Shown: in pieces, positions 51,223-61,999 of the stretch
Layout of the letters: the number at the start of each line of letters is the position of its first letter
How positions within the stretch are numbered: position 1 is the first letter of the stretch
Assembly (NCBI GenBank): GCA_963681965.1
Contig: OY820579.1
Location: 4,000,001 to 4,064,000 of the forward strand
Length of the DNA stretch: 64,000 bases
Origin: a bacterium
Lineage (GTDB): Bacteria > Electryoneota > JAOADG01
Direction of reading: 5' to 3'
Position numbers and translations under genes: made by a program
The notes under the pieces: generated by a model
What the model saw: only the letters and a program-made list of their open reading frames with translations
Database searches by the model: none
What the model was told of the DNA's origin: nothing

Positions 51223-52662
51223 TTACCCTTGATATTTTCGCTCGAAGGTGTAGAGTGCGCGCCGCATTCGCTTGAAGGCTTCGTCGATATCGTTCCGGGT
51301 AATATCCAATTGCGGTCGAAAACGCAGCGTCTGTTCGCCACACACCAATGCGAGCAGATGCTGTTTCTTCATAAGATCCCACAATTTTATATGCGGTGAG
51401 TCGATTTTTCGAACGACATCGATTGCCAGCAACAATCCACGTCCGCGGGGATTCAATAAGCTTTTCGGGAATTCGCGGCAGAGCGCATGCAATCCTTCCA
51501 GGAAATACTTCCCCATACTTGCGGCATTATTGAGGAGCTTTTCTTCCTCGATCACATTCAGGATCACAGTCGCACGAACCATATCCGCCGGATTACCGCC
51601 CCACGTCGAATTGATGCGACTATAACTCCCTTCGTGATTGGCAAACACATTGTCCGGCACCAATCCAAAGCGTTTGCTGTCGGCGATGATTCCGCCAACT
51701 TGCGCCTTCTTGGCAAATGCGATCACATCCGGTTTTGCGTCGCTGCCGAAATGCTCGTGCGCCCACATTTTTCCGGTCACACCGAGTCCGGTTTGCACTT
51801 CGTCGTAGATCAGGATTGCATCGAATTCGTTCGCCAGTTTGCGCAATTCCACTAGAAACGAGGGAAGGATGTGCCGGTCGCCTCCTTCGCACTGAATCGG
51901 TTCAATCAAGATCGCGGCGATATCGTTCGGATTCGATTCGAAGATGCGCCGAACTTCGGCAATCGCTTGTTGCGACTTGTGGAGAATCCCTTCGGGATCG
52001 ATCACATTCCCGTTTGCATCGAAGGTTTGGATCGGAGGATCGATGTGCCGGAACCATGGGAATTTCGGGAAATATTTATACTTCTCCGGTTTCGTGTGAG
52101 TGATGGAAAGCGTATATCCGGCACGACCGTGAAAAGCGTGATTAAACCCGATGACTTTCGATCCGATCGGTTGCAACTCTTCTTGCGGATCGTATACATC
52201 GCCTTCCGGGGTGCGATAAATTTTGGCTTGCATATTCATCCGCACTTTCCAGTCGAATGCCGCTTTCAGCGCATTTTCAACCGCAAGCGCCCCCCCTTCG
52301 ACAAAAAAGAAATGCTCGAAATGATGCGGATACGCCGGCATCGCAACGCGCCTGAATGTGTCGACAAATTCCGCCAATTCCTTCGTCCAGAAATCGGAAA
52401 GACTGGGACGATAGCGGGCAGCATCGAACAGTTTTCGTCCAAACGCACGGCGACTGAGTGCCGGGTGATCGTAGCGAATCGCCGCCGAGCCGAAAAATCC
52501 ATTCAGATCAAGAATCGGTTTGCGGCAGCGAAGATCGTGTAAGTAGACCCCTTTCGAACGTAGAAGATCGGGCGTAATCGAAGTCCATAAATCGTCCTGC
52601 AATCCGCCCTGAAGATTGGGAACCCAGATAATTTGCTGCCGAATATCACGATCCATCGTCAC
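51223..52662 (-). CDS. lat: L-lysine 6-transaminase (class III PLP aminotransferase)
   Basis: FFVEGGALAVENALKAAFDWK, AFHGR.GY, EPIQCEGGD, DEVQTG, FAKKAQV and RINSTWGGN, which match Lat family signatures. Confidence 0.85.
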   Translation of the reverse strand: MTMDRDIRQQIIWVPNLQGGLQDDLWTSITPDLLRSKGVYLHDLRCRKPILDLNGFFGSAAIRYDHPALSRRAFGRKLFDAARYRPSLSDFWTKELAEFVDTFRRVAMPAYPHHFEHFFFVEGGALAVENALKAAFDWKVRMNMQAKIYRTPEGDVYDPQEELQPIGSKVIGFNHAFHGRAGYTLSITHTKPEKYKYFPKFPWFRHIDPPIQTFDANGNVIDPEGILHKSQQAIAEVRRIFESNPNDIAAILIEPIQCEGGDRHILPSFLVELRKLANEFDAILIYDEVQTGLGVTGKMWAHEHFGSDAKPDVIAFAKKAQVGGIIADSKRFGLVPDNVFANHEGSYSRINSTWGGNPADMVRATVILNVIEEEKLLNNAASMGKYFLEGLHALCREFPKSLLNPRGRGLLLAIDVVRKIDSPHIKLWDLMKKQHLLALVCGEQTLRFRPQLDITRNDIDEAFKRMRRALYTFERKYQG

Positions 52663-52904
52663 TATCCCTTTCGCAAGGTTACTTATCGTGCATATTACTT
52701 ATGATAAAATAATATTAAGCATTTGAATGCAGTGAACGCTATAGCTGTATAAATTAAAGATAAAATATACATTATGAAACGACAAAAGTTGTCGCTAATA
52801 GATTTCTGAAAATAAGATCATCGCGAATATATACTTGAAGTGATAGTTTAAGTTTTGAGTGTGGTAAAAGAGTGAGATCACCAAGGAAAATTAAGGATCT
52901 CGAT

Positions 52905-54116
52905 TTACTGAACGTCTTTGTAGAGTCGAGGCACCCGCTCGCTCACCCAGCAGGTTAATTCATAGGGGATTGTTTTCAGCAGTTTACACAGTTCCCAGGC
53001 ATCGATCGTATAGTGTCCCTTCGGTGTCGTTTGTGTACCGAATAAGACTACTTCAACACCCGGTTCAAAACGGTCCTTACCCAAATCGACCATCATCTGA
53101 TCCATACAGATTCGTCCCGCGACACCGTACCGCTTGCCATCGATGAGAACCTGTGCGCGATTGGATAATTGCCGGTTGTAACCGTCGCCGTACCCGATCG
53201 GAACAGTGGCGATCCAAGTGTTCGCTTTCGGTCGATAGGTCAAACCATAGGAAATTCCCTCACCGGCACGAACGCCTTTTACGAACAGCACTTCACTTTT
53301 CAGTGTCATCACCGGTTGTAGTGCGGACAATCGTTTGTCGGCTTTCGGCGAAGGGCGGTAGCCATAGAGAATCAAACCGGGTCGAACCATGTCGAAATGC
53401 GAATCGGGCAGATTGATAATGGCACCGCTATTGGCGATATGTTTGAATTGTGGTTCGATGCCGATTTTCTTCAGTTCGGCGAGTGCCTCTTCAAATCGAG
53501 CCAATTGCAGTTTGGCGAATTCGTCGTTGCGAACATCGGAAGTAGCAAAGTGACTGAATACTCCATCGATTTCGATACCGGGAAGTTGCGCGACGGTTTC
53601 GGCGAATTTCCGTGCACCATCATAAAACACACCCAACCGGCGCATACCGGTATCAAGTTTGAGATGCACGCGCGCTTTTTTTCCAACACGCAAAGCAGTC
53701 TCGCTGATGACATTCGCAATCCGGATCGAAGCACAAGCTAGGGCAATATCGTAGGTGAGGTAATAGCCAATTTGATCGTTGGCAACGCCACCGAGGGCAA
53801 GGATGGGTTTGTCGATGCCAGCTTTTCGCAGCCAGATTCCCTCTTCCAGAAATCCGACGGCAAAGGCGTCGACCCCTTCGGCGGCAAGAAATTCGGACAC
53901 ACGCAATAACCCGTGACCGTATGCTTGCGCTTTAACCGATGCCATGATTTTTGCATGCGGAGCGAATTGTCGCACCAGTTGTAAGTTGTTGCGCAATGCA
54001 CCTAGATCGATTTCAGCATACGTCGGTCGACGACGAATCCCGGGCAACGGCTCCAGTGGTCTGGTGACGAAGCCATTTTCCGATTCCGATTGTGTCGAGA
54101 AGCCGATTTGCATCAT
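52905..54116 (-). CDS. alr: Alanine racemase
   Basis: VKAQAYGHG (PLP Lys), KLDTGMRRLG, HIANSG, VRPG..LYG, ISYG, IGYGDGY, GRICMDQ. Confidence 0.95.
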   Translation of the reverse strand: MMQIGFSTQSESENGFVTRPLEPLPGIRRRPTYAEIDLGALRNNLQLVRQFAPHAKIMASVKAQAYGHGLLRVSEFLAAEGVDAFAVGFLEEGIWLRKAGIDKPILALGGVANDQIGYYLTYDIALACASIRIANVISETALRVGKKARVHLKLDTGMRRLGVFYDGARKFAETVAQLPGIEIDGVFSHFATSDVRNDEFAKLQLARFEEALAELKKIGIEPQFKHIANSGAIINLPDSHFDMVRPGLILYGYRPSPKADKRLSALQPVMTLKSEVLFVKGVRAGEGISYGLTYRPKANTWIATVPIGYGDGYNRQLSNRAQVLIDGKRYGVAGRICMDQMMVDLGKDRFEPGVEVVLFGTQTTPKGHYTIDAWELCKLLKTIPYELTCWVSERVPRLYKDVQ

Positions 54117-54151
54117 CGAATGTTTCTATTGGTTAATGAAGGTTCGTTAAA

Positions 54152-55316
54152 TCAATCGTCGTCGTCTTTTTGACCTTTGACACGACGCTTGCCCATTAAA
54201 AAGGCGTTGACAAAAGCATCCAGATCGCCATCCATCACCGCTGCGACATTACCGGTTTCGACACCGGTGCGGAGATCCTTCACCATCGTGTACGGCGCAA
54301 ACACGTAGCTGCGGATCTGACTCCCCCACGCGATGTCCGATTTTTGCGATTCGACGATCGCCGATTTCTTGTCATCTTCCTCGCGCTGTTTCGCCAATAA
54401 TTTCGCGGCAAGATACTTCATTGCCGTTTCGCGATTCTTATGCTGCGACCGTTCCTGCTGACAGGTAACGACAATTCCGGAAGGCAAGTGCGTGATTCGA
54501 ACCGCCGATTCCGTGCGATTTACATGCTGTCCACCGGCGCCACTGGCGCGGTAGACATCGATTTTCAGATCTGTTTGATTGATGACGATCGCGCCGGTGT
54601 CTTCCACTTCGGGGTAAACATATACCGCGGCAAAACTCGTGTGACGGCGCGCATTGGCATCGAACGGGCTAATCCGAACAAGGCGGTGAACACCGATTTC
54701 GGCTTTGAGATAACCGTAAGCAAATTCGCCATTCACTTCGATTGCGACTTCCTTGATGCCGGCTTGTTCGCCGGGTTGGAGATCGATCACTTCGTATTTG
54801 AAATCGCGTCGTTCCAACCAGCGGAGGTACATCCTCATCAACATATCCGCCCAGTCCTGCGATTCCGTTCCACCGGCACCGGGCTTGATCGTCATGATGC
54901 AATTCTTCGCATCGTCGGGACCACCGAGCATCTTCCGCAATTCGAGATCTTCGGTTGCAGTCAGAAGCTTAGTCAGTTCGGTCTCGGCTTCCGTCAACGA
55001 TTCGTTGTCTTCCGCTTCGGCAGCGAGTTCGACCAATGCAACGATATCCTCGATACCACTGCATAATTTTTCATAATCGGTAACCCACTTCTTCAAACTG
55101 GAGAGATCTTGTAACGTCTTGCGGGCTAAATCGGGGCTATTCCAGAATTCCGGGTCGGTACTCTGTTTTTCTAATTGATCGATCGCAGATTGTTTGGTAT
55201 CGATTTCAAAGATACCCCCGAAGTTTGGTGATGCGACCTTTCACATCGTCGATTTGCAGGTGGATCGTATTGATCCGCTCGGATAACGGTATCTGCTGTT
55301 CGGTTGACTGATTCAC
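54152..55316 (-). CDS. prfB: Peptide chain release factor 2 with programmed +1 frameshift
   Basis: GTG start at 55316; frame 0 ends ...CGG GGG TAT CTT TGA (stop at 55206-55208); the +1 frame continues EIDTK...PEFW... into GGTESQDW, SPF and GGQ motifs. Confidence 0.93.
55205..55220 (-). promoter_or_regulatory. RF2 autoregulatory frameshift cassette
   Basis: Internal SD-like GGGGG, then TAT, then the slippery CTT-TGA-A. Confidence 0.9.
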
Positions 55317-55422
55317 TGATTACTTACTTTCGTTGATTTTACAAGATGTGCAAGTACCCACTTGCATCATACTAATTTTGCTTTGTGAGGATGGTTTGAA
55401 AACCTTCCCGTCATCATTCACT

Positions 55423-57138
55423 CTAGAACAATCGATCGATCGAGACTCCCGGATAATATTGTTGAAGGATCGCACGATAATTCTTTTTCTTCAGTGCCAT
55501 CACACCCGCGCCCGTTTGACACATACCGACACCGTGACCGAAACCGGCACCCTTCAACGTGAATTCGGTCGGTACGCCATTCGAATCGACTTCGGCAGTG
55601 ACATAGAAACAACTCGACTGCAACGCTGTCGGCGAGAGTGCCCGGCGAATCACCAACTCTTTCTTGATCCGAAGATTTCGACGGCTACCCAGCAACTCCA
55701 CTTCCAGCACGCGACCACTGACACCGCGCAGAATGGGAATGATATCGTAAATCGTACCGATGTCTTCGCCCCGTTTCTTGCGGAGGATGTCTTCCAAATC
55801 GCGACGGCTAATCGTTACTTCCCACCGGAAATTTTTCGATAACCGGAGTAGCGATGCAACATGCGTGATGCCCGCCGGATTCGAATTCACTTGCGGTTTC
55901 GAATCGATCCAACCACGAACATCTTCCTCACGTCGAAGATCCAATTTCCACTTTTTGCGGGTCGCATCGTCGGCATCCAATCGGCCAATCAAATACGGCA
56001 CAGCCGGAGCTGCCCAGACATTTTCGAAGTTCTCGGTATGTCCACCGGAATTCGCGCAATACTTCGCTTCCGCCAAATCGTGACCGTAGCGCATCACTTC
56101 GCCGGTAGTTTCCGTAACGGCTTGCGATGCCGATTCGATCCGTTTGGTTACGCCGGAATAAGCCTGACAGTGAACATGCGCGCAGAGATGATATTGATCG
56201 TTCAAATGTTTCGTGCCGATCATCGAAATGGTTTCGGAGCGTGCCGCGACGGCTTGTGCTTTCAGCGCCTCGAGCGGAAAATCGCTGGGCATTTCCGATG
56301 GCAATACCCCTTCGATGTAGAGATCCAACGGAAGCTCGTTGATCGCTTCCATCTTCCCTTCGTTGTCAAACCGGATCTCGACGGTTCCGCGATATGATCG
56401 ATTCTCTTCCTTTTCCCATTGGAAACCACTCCCGACTTTCACGTCGAAGAGCATCACTTCGGTTTCCGGGCTTTCGGGTTCGATGCGAAATCCGATATCG
56501 ACCACTTCAGTCACTTGCGCTTCGGAATCGTAGACTTCCATTTTTCCTAGGGTACCGGCGAGTCGCAGACGAACGACGCGAGGTGTCGTCGATTCAACCG
56601 TCGACATTGCGCGCACTGCGTCCTGTTCCTTTGAATAATTGCCGACCAGAACCCGATAGCGTGTATTGTTGCCGATTTCGCGACCGTTGAACATTATCGC
56701 GCCGCCAATTTTTTGAATGGCAGTGTGAATATTCTTCGCGTCGTATTTCTTGCACCCTTGGATTGCTTCCATTTCGGTGGGAAATACATCCGCCATCACG
56801 CAATAGGTAAATCTCGCCTCTTGAACTTTACTTTCCGGTTTCGAGCGCCACTTCAAATCGGAATGATGATTAGTCAGAATCGGAGTTCCATCCAATTTCG
56901 TCAATCGGAATCCGCCTTTGATCTTGAAATCAATCTTCTCATACCCTTCGAGAAGTCCAATCCGGATCAGGGGTTGACCATTCGACGCCATTTTCAGCAA
57001 GTTCGGTTGAAACGATTGATTTTGTTGAAGCGATAACTTGGTTCTAAGTGGTTCCGGCACGGTTGGATCCTCCTTCGGTGGTTTAGCAACTGCGATTACC
57101 GCAAATAAAAGAAGTGCAACGATAACTATTCGTCTCAA
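55423..57138 (-). CDS. SpoIID/LytB domain peptidoglycan lytic transglycosylase with a SPOR-like insert
   Basis: YRG.......INEL....Y..GV.PSEMP..F..EALKAQAVAARS, HCQAYSG, G.GFGHGVGMCQ.GA. The TTG start overlaps the lysC stop. Confidence 0.85.
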   Translation of the reverse strand: MRRIVIVALLLFAVIAVAKPPKEDPTVPEPLRTKLSLQQNQSFQPNLLKMASNGQPLIRIGLLEGYEKIDFKIKGGFRLTKLDGTPILTNHHSDLKWRSKPESKVQEARFTYCVMADVFPTEMEAIQGCKKYDAKNIHTAIQKIGGAIMFNGREIGNNTRYRVLVGNYSKEQDAVRAMSTVESTTPRVVRLRLAGTLGKMEVYDSEAQVTEVVDIGFRIEPESPETEVMLFDVKVGSGFQWEKEENRSYRGTVEIRFDNEGKMEAINELPLDLYIEGVLPSEMPSDFPLEALKAQAVAARSETISMIGTKHLNDQYHLCAHVHCQAYSGVTKRIESASQAVTETTGEVMRYGHDLAEAKYCANSGGHTENFENVWAAPAVPYLIGRLDADDATRKKWKLDLRREEDVRGWIDSKPQVNSNPAGITHVASLLRLSKNFRWEVTISRRDLEDILRKKRGEDIGTIYDIIPILRGVSGRVLEVELLGSRRNLRIKKELVIRRALSPTALQSSCFYVTAEVDSNGVPTEFTLKGAGFGHGVGMCQTGAGVMALKKKNYRAILQQYYPGVSIDRLF

Positions 57139-58313
57139 TGACTCCCCTTGCGATTGCCGCGTGGTAGCCAACCTTGTTCAACACTATGACGATGCCATTC
57201 CTGCAACAACGCTTTGCCGACACCTGCCCGGCATGACACCGATAATGTCCCAACTTCATTCCATACAAGTCGTAAATCGTTTGAAAAATTCCGTAACTCA
57301 ATCATTAATTCCCGACCGATCGGCGATCCGGGAAAAATACCGCCACCGACGGCTACAATCAAATCGAGCGATTCCACTGCAATACCATCGCCCAACATCG
57401 CTTGAATGGGTCCCGCTTCGTCGGCGGGTGCCAGGATTGTCCATCCCTCCGGTGTCCGGACAGATTTCACGGGAAAGCCCGGCATCCGAATCGCGACTTC
57501 CAATGAATTATCCGGAATCGTAAATGCGATCATTCCGGTGCGGGTTGTCAATGCTGTTATCGGCGTCGGCGAAAAAGCACGGCGAGACACGATCGTTCCG
57601 ATCTTGCCGCTTTCCGCCAAACCGACTGCCAATGGAACGCGACTGTCGCGCGCCAATTCGATCGCATCCGATTGAACCGCTTTCAAACCCGAACGCGACA
57701 GCGATGCGACTTCGTCGTAGTCAAGTGTCTCGAGCAGACGCGCATCGGTCACTTGGTGTGGATCGGCAGTAAAAATACCTTCCACATCTTTGTACAGTTC
57801 GCACCGCGATGCACCTAGCGCTGCAGCCAATGCTACCGCGGTCAAATCCGAGCCGCCTCGTCCGAGGGTAGTGACTTCCTTCTGACGCGAAACACCTTGA
57901 AAGCCGGCGACGACCACAATTTTATTTTCATTCAGCGATTCGCGAATTCGGATCGGTCGGACTTCCAGTATTTTCGCGGCTCCGTGATTCTCATTGGTGA
58001 TTATGCCAACCTGCGATCCGGTATACGACACCGCTTTTTGTTCACCTGCCAATTCGTTGATCGCCATTGCCAGACGGGTCGACGACATGCGCTCGCCCAC
58101 CGCAAGCAACGAATCCAATTCGCGTCGATCGGGATTCGCCGATACTTCCTGCGCCATATTGATCAACTGGTCGGTCAAAGTACCCGGTGCGGAAATCACC
58201 ACGACCAGTTCCTGACCGGTTTCGTGGATTTCCAGCAATCGACGGGCGATCAACTTGATCTGCTCCGCCGTTTCCACGACCCGACCGCCATATTTTTGTA
58301 CAATCAACGCCAT
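57135..58313 (-). CDS. lysC: Aspartate kinase
   Basis: VQKYGG, VVVISA, GER.S, VAGFQG, TTLGRGGSDLTA, DVEGIFTADP. Confidence 0.88.
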   Translation of the reverse strand: MALIVQKYGGRVVETAEQIKLIARRLLEIHETGQELVVVISAPGTLTDQLINMAQEVSANPDRRELDSLLAVGERMSSTRLAMAINELAGEQKAVSYTGSQVGIITNENHGAAKILEVRPIRIRESLNENKIVVVAGFQGVSRQKEVTTLGRGGSDLTAVALAAALGASRCELYKDVEGIFTADPHQVTDARLLETLDYDEVASLSRSGLKAVQSDAIELARDSRVPLAVGLAESGKIGTIVSRRAFSPTPITALTTRTGMIAFTIPDNSLEVAIRMPGFPVKSVRTPEGWTILAPADEAGPIQAMLGDGIAVESLDLIVAVGGGIFPGSPIGRELMIELRNFSNDLRLVWNEVGTLSVSCRAGVGKALLQEWHRHSVEQGWLPRGNRKGSH

Positions 58314-58316
58314 CGA

Positions 58317-59036
58317 TTATCGCAGTCCCAGCGCATCGCCTACAAAATAGAGACCGGGAGCGCGACCGAACAGAAACTTCACCGCTTGTACCACACCCAT
58401 TGCAAATGCCGCACGCGAAAAGGCTTCGTGCGTCAATTCGATCCGTTCACCCGGACCGGAAAACACCAACTTATGATGACCGACGATTTCACCGGCACGG
58501 ACGGCATGGATCGATGGGGGTTTGCCGCGCTCGTTCGCGATGACGCGTCCCAGTTGCAGTGCCGTTCCACTTGGTGCATCCAATTTATGTCGATGATGCA
58601 TCTCGATAATGTCGATATCGTAAATCGGAGGTAACGCACGTGCTGCTTGCGCTGCCAGATCGTAGAGCAAATTGATGCCGAGTGATAAATTCGGTGCGAA
58701 TAAACACGGAATCCTCGTCGCACCGATTCGAACTTCTTCCAATTGATTTTTCGACAAGCCGGTCGTTCCAACAACAATTGGTTTTCCCAACTCGGTCGCC
58801 CACCGGAAATGCAACATCGAAGCATCCGGTTGCGTAAAATCGACAAAGACATCGGCGCGATTGTGTTCGATGACATTGGTGTCGGGTTCGACTTCCAAAC
58901 CATGACGCATCTGCCCAATTATTTCGGATCCCGGATGTTCGTAATATCCGACGAGCGACATCAAATCGGATTGTGCAAATTTTTGTGCGATCGCTTCGCC
59001 CATCTTACCGGCACCGAACAAGGCAACTTTGATCAT
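58317..59036 (-). CDS. dapB: 4-hydroxy-tetrahydrodipicolinate reductase
   Basis: GAGKMG, VDFT.P, VVGTTG, APNLSLG, EMHHRHKLDAPSGTA. Confidence 0.95.
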   Translation of the reverse strand: MIKVALFGAGKMGEAIAQKFAQSDLMSLVGYYEHPGSEIIGQMRHGLEVEPDTNVIEHNRADVFVDFTQPDASMLHFRWATELGKPIVVGTTGLSKNQLEEVRIGATRIPCLFAPNLSLGINLLYDLAAQAARALPPIYDIDIIEMHHRHKLDAPSGTALQLGRVIANERGKPPSIHAVRAGEIVGHHKLVFSGPGERIELTHEAFSRAAFAMGVVQAVKFLFGRAPGLYFVGDALGLR

Positions 59037-59914
59037 AACGCCTCCAATACTTTGTCGAGGGCACGTTGTAATATTTCCAGTTTCGAGTCGCTAAATGGCG
59101 CTAATGGCAACCGGACTTCGCCGCAATCGCGACCGCGTAGCCGCATCGCAGCTTTGATCGGTCCGGGCGAAGTCTCGAGAAAGAGTGCCGAGTTCAAGTC
59201 GTACAAACGATAATGCCACTGCCTGGCAGTTGCCCAATCGCCGGTAGTGTATGCCCGATACAGCGCGACGACGGCTTCCGGTACGACATTCGACGTGACC
59301 GAGACCAATCCTTCACCGCCGATCGAAAGCATCGGGAGGAACAGACTGTCTTCGCCACACAAGATCGACCAACGTTCGCCGACATACTGCTTGATTTCGG
59401 TGAGTCGGTCGAGATTGCTTACTGCCAATTTGAGGGCAATAATCGAGGGATGATCCAACAATGCACCGCAAGTCGGAGGTAACAATTCGCAACTGGTGCG
59501 GGATGGAACGCTATAGAGCATGAGTGGAATCGGTGCCGCTTCCGCGATTGCGGAGAAATGTAACCGCATTCCTTCTTGGGTCGGTTTGTTATAATAAGGG
59601 GTAATTGCCATCGCGGCGTCGGCACCCATTTCGTGTGCCAGAACGGTTTTGGCGATCGAGTGCCGGGTGTTGTTGGTTCCCGTGTTGGCGACGATTTTCA
59701 TATCGCCGCGCTCGGCGATACAGATCTCGAGCAGTTGTTTCCACTCCGAAGGTTCCAGCGCCGGTCCTTCACCGGTAGTCGCGCCAACCACGATTCCGGC
59801 GATGCCGGCGGCGCGTTGTTCCGCCAATCGTGCCCGTAGCGCCGATTCATCCAAGCGATCATGCTTGAATGGAGTGACAAGCGCAGTATAGACTCCTTGC
59901 AGTCGGGTCAACAT
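59033..59914 (-). CDS. dapA: 4-hydroxy-tetrahydrodipicolinate synthase
   Basis: ALVTPF, GATTGE, TPYYNKPTQEG, LYSVPSRT, catalytic Lys in IALK; adjacent to dapB. Confidence 0.93.
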   Translation of the reverse strand: MLTRLQGVYTALVTPFKHDRLDESALRARLAEQRAAGIAGIVVGATTGEGPALEPSEWKQLLEICIAERGDMKIVANTGTNNTRHSIAKTVLAHEMGADAAMAITPYYNKPTQEGMRLHFSAIAEAAPIPLMLYSVPSRTSCELLPPTCGALLDHPSIIALKLAVSNLDRLTEIKQYVGERWSILCGEDSLFLPMLSIGGEGLVSVTSNVVPEAVVALYRAYTTGDWATARQWHYRLYDLNSALFLETSPGPIKAAMRLRGRDCGEVRLPLAPFSDSKLEILQRALDKVLEAL

Positions 59915-60070
59915 CGCCTCCTAAATGATAACAACTATTGAATATAGACGAATTGCGACGAAAGATCAAAATTCCCGGATTCATGGAAAATTGGTCGGAA
60001 TTGATTTTTGCACGATTTACGCCTTACCTTGAAGGCTAAGCTATCAATGAACAAGGAAAGGAGAACCACC

Positions 60071-61231
60071 GTGTCTATTCGAATACGGTTGTTTTTAGCA
60101 ATTTTAATCGCCACCGCACTGATTTTCGCGGGTTGTTCCTCGCAATCGTCCGCCGAACGCGATTTTCAATCGTTGGTCGGTAAGGTGGAAAAAGTCAATA
60201 TCGACTTACGGAAGAAGCAATCCGGACTGATGGAACAGATCCGGAAATTCAACCAGAAATATCCCCAGATGCAGATCGATTCGCTTGCGCAGACCGCATA
60301 CGGCTTGAGTACCGAGGAATCGAAAATTCTCGGCGATCGGATCTCGCAGGAGAAAGATATTTCGACCAAAGGGCTCCTCGGCGAGATCGTCGATCTCAAC
60401 AAGCAGGTCGAAGAGCTGAAGAAGCAGATGGACGAAATGTCCAAGATGCTGCCACCGCCTCATGTTGTCACTCGCGGCGAATCGCATTTCCAGATCTGTC
60501 TCGAGTATCTGACGACCGAAGCCGGATTCTCGCGTGACAGCGCTCTGGTGGCGTTGGAAAAAGTCGCTCAATTCGACGAATTGATGCCCGGTTTCTATGT
60601 CTGGCACTTCATCGACAAGAAGACTGGTACCTATTTGACGACGATTACCCAAGGCGAAGCGAAGATATCACCGAACCAGCTCCGTCGCGCCACCAAGCGT
60701 AAACTGGAACAGGAACGCCAAGCCTTGGTACAAGCGAAAGCCGACCTCGAAGCTCAGGTTGCCGAACTAGAAAAGCGCAAAGCCGCTCTGATGGGATCGG
60801 TGGAAGCTATCAGTCAGGATCGCGATAAGGCGAAAGCCGAAACGAAGCAGGTGTCTGCCGAGAAGACGGCGCTTGCGAATGAAAAAGACGCTCTCACGAC
60901 GAAACTGAATTCGATCTTTTTCACCATCGGCAATATCAACGACCTGAAGAAGAAGGGTGTACTTCGTCGCCCGTTCCTTGGAAAAGTGAAGGGTTCCGAC
61001 CTATCCAAGGCACAGTACGACCGCTCGATGGATCTGACCCGCTCGCAGCAGGTTTCGTTCAGTGCGAATTCGATCGGTCTCAAAGAGATTTCCGCAGTAA
61101 CGATCTATCCGGAAGAGTCGTTCAAATTGGATGCCGATTATAAAGTCAAGCTGGAAGGCGGCAATGCTACCGTGACCTTCATTCGACCCGACCGATTCAA
61201 GGGTGCGAATGTCGTCATCGGCGCACGGTAA
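60071..61231 (+). CDS. Coiled-coil lipoprotein with a possible LysM-like segment
   Basis: GTG start with AAGGAG RBS; lipobox IFAGC; long heptad regions; HVVTRGES...DELMPG resembles LysM. Confidence 0.7.
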   Translation: MSIRIRLFLAILIATALIFAGCSSQSSAERDFQSLVGKVEKVNIDLRKKQSGLMEQIRKFNQKYPQMQIDSLAQTAYGLSTEESKILGDRISQEKDISTKGLLGEIVDLNKQVEELKKQMDEMSKMLPPPHVVTRGESHFQICLEYLTTEAGFSRDSALVALEKVAQFDELMPGFYVWHFIDKKTGTYLTTITQGEAKISPNQLRRATKRKLEQERQALVQAKADLEAQVAELEKRKAALMGSVEAISQDRDKAKAETKQVSAEKTALANEKDALTTKLNSIFFTIGNINDLKKKGVLRRPFLGKVKGSDLSKAQYDRSMDLTRSQQVSFSANSIGLKEISAVTIYPEESFKLDADYKVKLEGGNATVTFIRPDRFKGANVVIGAR

Positions 61232-61255
61232 ACTTTCCATCGGATGATATTGAAC

Positions 61256-61286
61256 AACGCCCGGCGCAAGTCGGGCGTTTTCTTTT
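61256..61286. terminator. Intrinsic terminator
   Basis: AACGCCCGGC-gcaa-GTCGGGCGTTTTCTTTT. Confidence 0.75.
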
Positions 61287-61310
61287 ACAACAAGTTCTAA
61301 GATCACGTCG

Positions 61311-61673
61311 CTATTGAAGCGGTATATCCTGGTTTAATATTGTATCTACTTGTTTGCGTCGAAACCAGCGGACATTGTCGTTCACCTTATAGAGCCAGCG
61401 ATAAAAGCGATAAAGCAAAAACATTGCAACAGCGAATCCACCAATCACTACAATCAACGATAAATAAGAAGTTTGACGCTCAAAAAGATCACTAGCTTTA
61501 AACCAGAGAAATAGAAAGAGTAGCCAATATCTGTCCATATCGTAGCGAAGCTTTAACTCGTCATAGCTGAGCTTTTGTGTCGATTTCTTGGAATCGTAAC
61601 GATTCATTACCATAAAGAAAGCCATCAAGAATATGCCGCACACGAATACAATCGCCACTGTTGTCCAATCCAT
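61311..61673 (-). CDS. Small membrane hypothetical protein
   Basis: GAGG RBS; 3 hydrophobic segments. Confidence 0.6.
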   Translation of the reverse strand: MDWTTVAIVFVCGIFLMAFFMVMNRYDSKKSTQKLSYDELKLRYDMDRYWLLFLFLWFKASDLFERQTSYLSLIVVIGGFAVAMFLLYRFYRWLYKVNDNVRWFRRKQVDTILNQDIPLQ

Positions 61674-61999
61674 CGGTGCCTCGCAAGAATTGATAAGATA
61701 CTGACGACTTAGGGTTCATTAGATTGATGATAATTTAATATATGAATTGACAGATAGTTTATAGATATTCAATTTCAATTTTCATGAAATAATTAACCTC
61801 TCCGAGTAATTTCGATTCAGCGTTGACAGAAAACCTATCCGATGACATCGTCTATTGCATTCGCCGGATTTCACTCCTTACTCAATACAATTCACACACT
61901 TGAATCTTCGCTTGAAGGGACCGTTCGCCTCTCGTGAAAAAATGTATTATCTTTCCTTTTCTGCAATTACAGAAAGTTAACATCCTCAGGAGCCACCCG

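Noticed and set aside
52663-52904. Possible lysine riboswitch or T-box upstream of lat (also checked upstream of dapA and lysS)
   Set aside because: AT-rich, with no recognisable conserved riboswitch or T-box motifs by eye; an Infernal search would be needed to exclude it fully.
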